From the NCBI RefSeq assembly GCF_009914755.1, contig NC_060933.1: a DNA stretch of 64,000 nucleotides; one strand, given 5' to 3'. Position 1 is the first letter of the stretch; the number at the start of each line of letters is the position of its first letter. Position numbers and translations under genes: made by a program. Under the pieces are notes generated by a model, which had not been told where the DNA came from, ran no database searches, and saw only the letters and a list, made by a program, of their open reading frames with translations. Of the stretch, positions 55,566 to 64,000 are shown in pieces. Origin of the DNA: the human T2T-CHM13v2.0 reference genome, Homo sapiens.

Positions 55566-57559
55566 AGAGGTTTTCAGCCTCTCTATTCTGAATGAGTTTA
55601 GCAGCCTCCCCACCCCCCAGCACACATGAAAGGAGGGGGCTCAGAGGGTCTCTTAGGTCCCCAGTGCCAAGGGTTTGGGTGTGATGAAGGACATGATTCC
55701 GGTCAGTGCCTCAATCACAAACAGGGCAGGGCAAGAGGGTGCACAAAGTTTGGTGTGACCTGTCCCCATAAATGGAGAAGCAACTCAAATCCCACATCCT
55801 GCCCCAAGGCATGAAGAGATAGGTGGGAAAGCAGCCCTTCTCCTCTCCTGGAGGAGGCTCCTCAGTGCCAGCGACAGGATGCTCTGTCCCTGGTATGGAC
55901 TACTGTTCCCACTGCCCATGTACATAGTAAGCCGTGTGCTATAAAAAGCAACCCATATAAACAGTCACTGAATCGCCTGTTGAATTGGGAACATTCCTGC
56001 TGATTAACCTGAAAGCTTTTTCCAATTGAAGATTGGCATAGGGGTTGAAAATATAGAATGTATTCAGTTTTACATTGTTTAGAGTACTCTAAAAAAAATC
56101 CCTTTAAAAATGTCTTCAGGCGAGCGTTTTGGAGCACACAATAAACAGCAGATAAAAAGGACAGTATTTCCCAGGAAATCGAAGTTGACATATTTGTTTT
56201 CAGTTGCTATTTATGACATGTTGGGAATTGTTCCTCTTTATTTGTGGTTGTATAACAACCCACAATCTAGTTCTCTCACTCTGACCTAATTCCAGAGGTC
56301 TGCATGTCCTTCCCCAAGAAGGGCTGGGCTCCTCCTGTCTGACCACTACCTGGCCTTGATTAGTGTGACCTTCTTTTGTAGCTAGGCGCCAGCCATGTGG
56401 GGTTGACCCTTATTAGTGGCCATCTCAGGCCATAGAGGGCATGTATTTGTTCATTCCTCAGGACTGATTGTCTGGGAATATGAAGGTCTTTCAAAATTAT
56501 GCTCCAGATGGAATAGAACCTGGACCAAGTTCTTTCTGCAGTGATAACTAGTAATGGAGTGGTAAACTGTGTGCAAATGGATGGAATCTAGCATCATGGA
56601 GGTCCTTATGCATGAACAGCTTGATAACACAGATTAGCAAACACAGAGACCACTCGTCTTATGGTCAGCAGTAAAGTGGACATTGTGCCGATGGAAGTGA
56701 TCTTCTGGCTTCCATATCTGAAGGACAGATGGCTCGGCTCTGGAAACAGAAGAGCAGAGGGCATGTTTGCTGAGAGAAAACAGGCTGGCATTGCTGCGGA
56801 GTGGCCCATTCAATGCAAGGTAGATTCATGGAGAGGAGGGTATATGAGCTGGTGGCACTCTGGCACATCCAGATGATTAAACCAACAGGAAAGTTCTGGC
56901 TGGGTGCTCAGGAGTGAAATCCAGGGAAAGGCAGGGATTTGGCAGGATTCCATTAGAGAATATTCAGGAAATGAGGGAAAGAGGCTTTGGGGACCATGCA
57001 ATAAGAAGACCAAAAGAGGCAGCAGGTCAAGAAAGGAGGCAGAAAGAATGGAGGAGAACCCACGAAACAGAGATCCATGGAGGCTGCGTGTGTGCCTAGT
57101 CACCAGAGGAGGAAAGGAGCAGGAGGGCTGGGGAAAGTTCTGCCCTTGTTGAGGTTTCTGTCCAATTCTGGAAGAAGAATTTCAATCAAACTGCAGAGCT
57201 GGAGGACAGATTGGGAGGAAGCTGAAATGAATGCAGATAACTACTTTAATATTTGGACAGGAAGGAGAAGCTATCAGGAGACAGGCATCAGGACGTGAAA
57301 AATGTTCACTTTAGAACTGCTTTCATGGCCTTTTAGAACAGTCCTGAGCATAATTTACACAGGAGACACCATGCACAACGGGGAAGGAGAAACCCAACAT
57401 GAAGATAACATATGAAGGAGGAGAGGGAAGGGAGGCAGCCTGGCCTAACTGACACATTAGCACCCAGGATTGAGAGGTCAGAAATAAGTAGCATGAGCAT
57501 GCATGCCAACCTTGGAAAAGCGAGGGGGGATGAAAAACAAATCAATGAGTGCAAAGTAG

Positions 57560-57939
57560 TTTTATTATTATTATTATTATTATACTTTAAGTTCTGGGGT
57601 ACATGTGCAGAACGTGCAGGTTTGTTACATAGGTATACACGTGCCATGGTGGTTTGCTGCACCCATCAACCAGTCATCTACATTAGGTATTTCTCCTAAT
57701 GCTATCCCTCCTCTAGCACCCCCAACCCCCGACAGGCCCTGGTGTGTGATGTTCCCCTCCCTGTTTCCATGTGTTCTCATTGTTCAACTCCCACTTATGC
57801 GTGAGAACATGTGGTATTTGGTTTTCTGTTCCTGTGTTACTTTGCTGAGAAGGATGGTTTCCAGCTTCATCCATGTCCCTACAAAGGACATGAACTCATC
57901 CTTTTTATGGCTGTATAGTATTCCACAGTGTACATATGC
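57560..57939 (-). mobile_element. L1PA (L1PA7-like) 5'-truncated 3' end
   Basis: ttatactttaagttctggggtacatgtgcagaacgtgcaggtttgttacatagg canonical L1PA 3'UTR. Confidence 0.93.
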
Positions 57940-58024
57940 AATTTTAAATTAGAAAAGAGAAATGAGGACAGCTAGGTGACTTCTGAACATCCCTGGAATG
58001 ATAAAGAAGCCCATAGATTTACAG

Positions 58025-58510
58025 CAGTGCTATCCAGTGTAACTTTGTGGGGTGATGGAAATGTCCCTTCTGCACTGCCCAGCGTGGTAACCACTAGCAC
58101 CGTGTGCCACTAGTGAGTGCTCAAAATGAGGCTAGTGAGACAGAGGATTGAAATTATTTTAAATGTGAGGTGGTTTATGCCTGCAATCCCAGTGTTTTGG
58201 GAGGCCGAGGCGGAAAGATTGCTTGAATCCAGAAGTTCAAGCCCAGCTTGGGCAGCATAGTGAGACCCTGTCTCTACAAAAATGAACAAAATTAGCCGAC
58301 TGTGGTGGCATGTACCTATAGTCCCAGTTACCCAGGAGGCTGAGGTGGGAGGATTTCTTGAGTCTGGGAGGTCAAGGCTGCAGTGAGCCGAGATTGTGTC
58401 ACTTCACTCCTGCCTGGATGACAGAGCTAGACCGTGTCTCAAAAAAAAGAAAAGGAAAAAAAAAGTAAAAAGACAAATGTGGTGAGTGGCTGTCACGTTG
58501 TACAATGTAG
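58025..58510. mobile_element. MER3 split by an AluJ
   Basis: cagtgctatccagtgtaacttt..gtgatggaaatgt; resumes after the Alu with atgtggtgagtggct. Confidence 0.75.
58166..58472 (+). mobile_element. AluJ
   Basis: gattgcttga, gaggctgaggtgggagga and ggtcaaggctgcagtgagc AluJ motifs. Confidence 0.9.
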
Positions 58511-59099
58511 GTGAGATATCAAAATCACCTCGTTCCAGGGTGGTGGCTCTCGAGAGCCACTAACTCTTCTCTGCAGGATGCAAGTGTCCGCAGCAGCCCT
58601 CCTGCTCCATCCTGCCTCCCTGGTCTGCCTAGAGGAGGAGAGGAGGGCCATCCCAGTGAGGAGACCTCGCTGCCCCAAACTTAGACTTTCACCTTCTCAA
58701 AATAAGACTTCTGAGACTAATTGCATCTTTGGTCTGTGTTCACCTCAGTCCCCACCACAAATCTAAACCTTGGGGGTCACCTTTATCGCAATTAAGAGCT
58801 TTACCTACTCTATTCTGAAATACGGTCATCAGACGTCATGCCCCACCCTTCCCTGCCACGTGCTATGCTGCTGTACAGCCTGGAATTCCACATGGTCCAC
58901 AACGGCTATCTGGTATCCTCAGTTTCTTTTCAGATTTTCCTTTTCATGTCAGCTGAAACTGTAGCGTCCCCTCATGCAAGTGGAGATATTTTTGCTCTTC
59001 CACCCCACATCCCTCCAGTCACAGACACAGGTAAGTGTCCACAATTTCCTCCTCCGCACCCCTTCATGTGACAGCTTCCTTGACACACACATCCCCTTC

Positions 59100-60350
59100 C
59101 ACTCTCTTTCCTCACTGCCCACACAGCCCGGTCACTGCTCATCACACAAGGACGATGTTGGAATCAGCGTCTTCCTCTCTGTTCAGCTCTGGCCACCATG
59201 CTTCATAACCTCAGTGTCCCCAGGCTTCAGTCACCCACACAATAATTTCCCAGTGCCTCTTCCCCGGCCCACATCAGCTCCTCACTCCAGTATGACAACT
59301 CACACCATCACATCACCACTCCTGAGAACAGAGCTCCAATCCCCTTCCATTACCTTTTCCCCTAGTCTCCAGCTCACATTCCCTCATACTTCCACCGGCA
59401 GTTCCCAGACCTCATTTCCATCTCCAGCCCTTGGAGATGGAGATCTAAGTGGGATGATGTCTAGGCTTTATTATTGCTAGCCTCACCAAGATATTCACTT
59501 CTTCCTTACTCAGATCAGTCTATGGTACTGTCCTTAACCTACTCCTGAAAAACTCCTTTAACTTCCTCCCTCCACTCTCCTTCTGTCATACTTGTTGACT
59601 GTCTAACTATTGCAGATATACACCAAATGACCTGGACTTGTTGGGAAAAAATAAGTCAGTAGTCAATGGTTTTATTTTCAAACTTTTTACTTCAAATTTA
59701 AGTAAGTTCTCCGACTGCCAAGCCATTCTGCTACAAACCCTAGGGTGCTCATTCACCCAGTTTCCAAAACAACTTTCCACACCTCTCTGTTCCTCCATCC
59801 TTCAACACCACCTTCCTTCCGCTGCTGATTCTGGGCTGATAACTTTGCCTTATTTATGTAGGATAAATATGAAGCAATAAGATAAAACTCCTTCTACTTG
59901 CACTGTTCATCCACCAACCTATCTGCATCAGTGCCTGCTATGCCTTCTCACTTATTTCCTGTGATGATGGATCCATCTCTGCTCCTTTCTGAATGCACAC
60001 TTACATCTTGGCTGCCCTACATCCTCAGCTTCTCAAGTGAGACTCTACAAACAATTATCTGCTCTTTGCCCTACATCATCATTTCTGCTCCTCTACTGGG
60101 TTAAGTATTGTTCATTGTAACAACAAATCTTCCTTGACCCCTTCTTCCTCCACAGCTGCTTCCAACAGCCTATCCTGCATCTCATGTGTCTGCCTGGGGG
60201 CATCTAGACAAAATAGAACTCTTGATGTCCAGCCTTCTCACCTTTTCCTTTCTCAGCTTTCCCATTTCAGCTCAATTCTGGCTCCATGTTTGCTCAATCA
60301 CCCCAATAACAAGCTAAGTCTAATGGTCTCCTTTCCCCATGTTCTTGCTA
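59100..60350 (+). mobile_element. Degenerate L2 body
   Basis: C/T-rich with L2 motifs (aaactcctttaacttcct; ccaccaacctatctgcatc). Confidence 0.5.
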
Positions 60351-60369
60351 ATACAATAGTTAGCTTTCT

Positions 60370-60590
60370 TGTGGTGTAATATCAAGCAGATAAGCTTTGA
60401 AACTGCAAAGAATAGAATCCAAGTCTCACTCTCACTTTATCATCCATGTTATCTTGGGCATGTTTCTTAATCCCTCCCAGACTTGTTTCTTATTTGTAAC
60501 TATTTAATGATAATTTTCATCCTGCAGAGTTTTTAGGTGCAAAAGAACAAAGATTCTGGTAATAATTCCATCAGCACAGTGGTCAATGTT
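60370..60590 (+). mobile_element. MIR
   Basis: tgttatcttgggcatgtttcttaatccctc core. Confidence 0.7.
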
Positions 60591-60924
60591 CTCTCTCTTT
60601 TCCTTTGGAGTTTTACATTTTAACAGATAAAGGCATTAACTCTTCCAGAAGTATCACATTAAAAACAAAAGTTTCTTAGTCATGTAATTCCAAACACAGA
60701 GGTGTTCTGACTTTATACCCTGGAATAGAGGAGTTTTAAGAGAATGATGCTTTAGTGGTTGAAATGCTGAGCCCTCACTTTCTTTTCTAAAAAAGAAAGA
60801 ATCACTGCTTTTCTATGAATTATATATCGAGGTTTTGCTTACATTTTTTGAAAGGTGTATGTTACTTTAAAAAACTTTAAAAACTACTTGTTTAAGGGCA
60901 ACATCATACCTTTACTTTTTCGTG

Positions 60925-61246
60925 TTTTCTTCTCTTTTCTTTCTTTCTTTTTTTTTTTTTTTTTTTGAGACGGAGTCTTGCTCTGTCACCCAGGCTGGAG
61001 TTCAGTGGTGCGATCTTGGCTCATTGCAACCTCCGACTCCCTAATTCAAGCGATTCTCCTGCCTCAGCCTCCTGAGTAGCTGGGATTACAGGCATGCACC
61101 ACCATGCCCAACTAATTTTTGTATTTTTAGTAGCGATGTGGTTTCACCAGGTTGGCCAGGATGGTCTCAATCTCCTGAGCTCGTGATCCACCTGCCCTGG
61201 CCTCCCAAAGTGCTGGGATTACAGGTGTGAGCCATGGTGCCCGGCC
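60925..61246 (-). mobile_element. Alu SINE (AluSc-like)
   Basis: Dimer; TSD caacatcatac. Confidence 0.94.
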
Positions 61247-61461
61247 AACATCATACATTTTCGTAGAAATTTTAGGCATGTTGACAAACTTCTGGAGGAG
61301 ATATTACAGGAACAAAGGGTGATAATTCACAGATTACTCTTATTCCTTCAATGTATAATGAGTAATGTGGTCTTGATATCTATTAATATAAAATGGTGTG
61401 CAGCATTTTAAAATACTTAACGTGTTAATCTAAAGAGTTGGTTACTATCCTTAAGTCAGAT

Positions 61462-62170
<709 letters not shown>

Positions 62171-62229
62171 ATAACATATTAAGAAAATGCTCGTTTCATA
62201 TAATTAAATTCACACATGTAGCGAATGCA

Positions 62230-62420
62230 GGGTAATGCTTGAGCTTTGAAGTTGGACAGATTTAAGTTGGAATTTCCCTCCTATTGGTACTAGCAGTATG
62301 ACATTCAACCAGCTATTTAGCTGCTTCATACATGGTAAAGCTTTCTTAGGATGTATAAATGAGTATACATTTATGAAACTCTAACTGAATTTCTGGCATA
62401 TATTAGGTATTCAATTAGCA
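62230..62420 (+). mobile_element. MIR
   Basis: gagctttgaagttggacaga..tctggcatatattaggtattcaat. Confidence 0.55.
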
Positions 62421-62444
62421 TTAAGGTATATTACAAGCAATAAA

Positions 62445-64000
62445 ATTGCTGTGGCTTAAGGTATGTTACTCTTCAAATTTACAAGGTAATTCCAATTTTT
62501 TCCAACAATTCCAGTCGTTAAACAGATTTACATTACCACCAGAGGTTTATGGGAGTTTCGGTTGCTTTACATCCTTGACAATTTTCAGTCTTTATAATTT
62601 TAAACTTTGCCTTAGGTATGTAGCAGTATCTCATTGCGGTTTTAGTTTTCATTTCCTTACAGATTAACAAGATTTGTTGGGGTCATTTGAATATTCACTT
62701 TTGTCATGTGCCTGTTCAAATTTCTTGCCTATTTATCTATTTAGTTGTATTTTTATTGATTTATAAACAATTTATGTAGTTTGGATACCAGTCTTTTTTG
62801 GTATTATATGTTGCTAATACCTTTTCCCACTTGGTGACCTGCCTTTTCATTCTCTTAATTGATGAACAGAACTTTTTAATCTTGAAAGTAATCCAATTTA
62901 TCGATCTTTTCCTTTATGTTCACTGCTTCCTGTCAGGTTAAAACATTTCCTCATAACAATATTGTGAAGATATTTCTCCATGTTGTGTTTCAGAACTTTC
63001 ATATTTTTTACGTTTTACATTTAGACCTGCAAATAAACTGGAGTTGATTTTTGATTTTTGAATGGTATGAGGTGGGTTATGTTTTCTTTTTTTTTCTGTG
63101 CAGATAACCATTTGACTCATCAAATTTACTGAAAGCATATCATCCCTTTACTGAATTGCAGTTTCATTTTTTTATAAGTAAATTTACATATGTGCAGTTG
63201 TGTTTTTATACTCCCTGGTCTCTTGCATTCATCTATTTGGTTTTCCTGGTGCCAATTTCTATACTTTATTAACTAAGGTAAATTTATCATACATTTTGAT
63301 ATTTGAAGAAGCTTTCCAACTTTATTATTTTTCAATATTTCCTTGGCTATTCTTGACACTTTATACACATACAAATTTTAGAATCAGCTAGATAATAACT
63401 ATAAAAACTACTTGCTGATATTATAATTTGGATGGTGTTGAATCTATAAATAATTTGGGGGGACCATTGGCCTCTATATACAATTGAATCATCAAATCCA
63501 TTAATACAGTATAGCCTGCCATTTACTTAAGTAAGGTATTACAAGTAATACCTTATAGCTTGTTGTGAGGCAATCTTGCTTCACTGGATCTATTTGCAAG
63601 TTTAGGATGGTTTATAAGTAATAGCTTACGTTAATTTCTAATGTTCTTGTTAGTATATAGTAATGCAATTGGTATTTGCTAATTATTCTTGTATTCAGCA
63701 TCCTTGCTAAATATACTTCTAAATTCTAATAATTTGCTTGTAGAGTCACTTTTATTTTCTACATACCCAAACATATTGTCTGCAAATAATGACAGTTGTG
63801 TTTCTTCTTTTCTAATTCTTGCAATTTTAATTTCTTTTCCTGGCCATATTGCACCAGTTAAAGCCTCAAAGATGATGTCAAATTGAAGTAATCTTTGTCT
63901 CCTCTTTATTTCAAATGAGCAAGCTTTCAACTTTTTATACTTAAGTGTGATGTTTGTTGTAGGTTTATGTAGATACCATTTATCAGATTATGGGCATTCT
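62445..64000 (-). mobile_element. Old L1M ORF2 (3' end into RT region), continues beyond the window
   Basis: ORF 63679-63930 gives LQFDIIFEAL..KEETQLSLFADNM, matching the L1 RT FADD motif; many stops and indels. Confidence 0.88.

Noticed and set aside
63679-63930. Reverse-transcriptase-like ORF as an active RT or retron-type system
   Set aside because: Decayed L1 ORF2 with FADD mutated to FADN and surrounding stops.

Overview
Human intergenic DNA, mostly interspersed repeats; an AluYa5 with all five diagnostic positions indicates human. I find no intact protein-coding gene, tRNA, rRNA or CRISPR array. The one gene-derived feature is a ~4 kb processed pseudogene of the interleukin-6 receptor on the minus strand (~5960-9905), most likely IL6RP1, carrying 5'UTR, disabled CDS and a long 3'UTR. 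Against the IL6R mRNA as I recall it, the copy lacks exactly the 94-nt transmembrane exon, so it looks like a retrocopy of the alternatively spliced soluble IL-6R isoform. It also seems to predate an Alu now in the parent 3'UTR. A MER4C solo LTR sits in it, oriented to transcribe antisense across the IL6R-like CDS. Separately, four short (60-134 bp) direct-orientation local duplications lie 1-2.5 kb apart at nearly identical divergence (91-92%); in the three I can polarise, the donor is on the right. Repeat subfamily names and IL6R comparisons come from recalled sequences, not from a search, and boundaries of old repeats are approximate.
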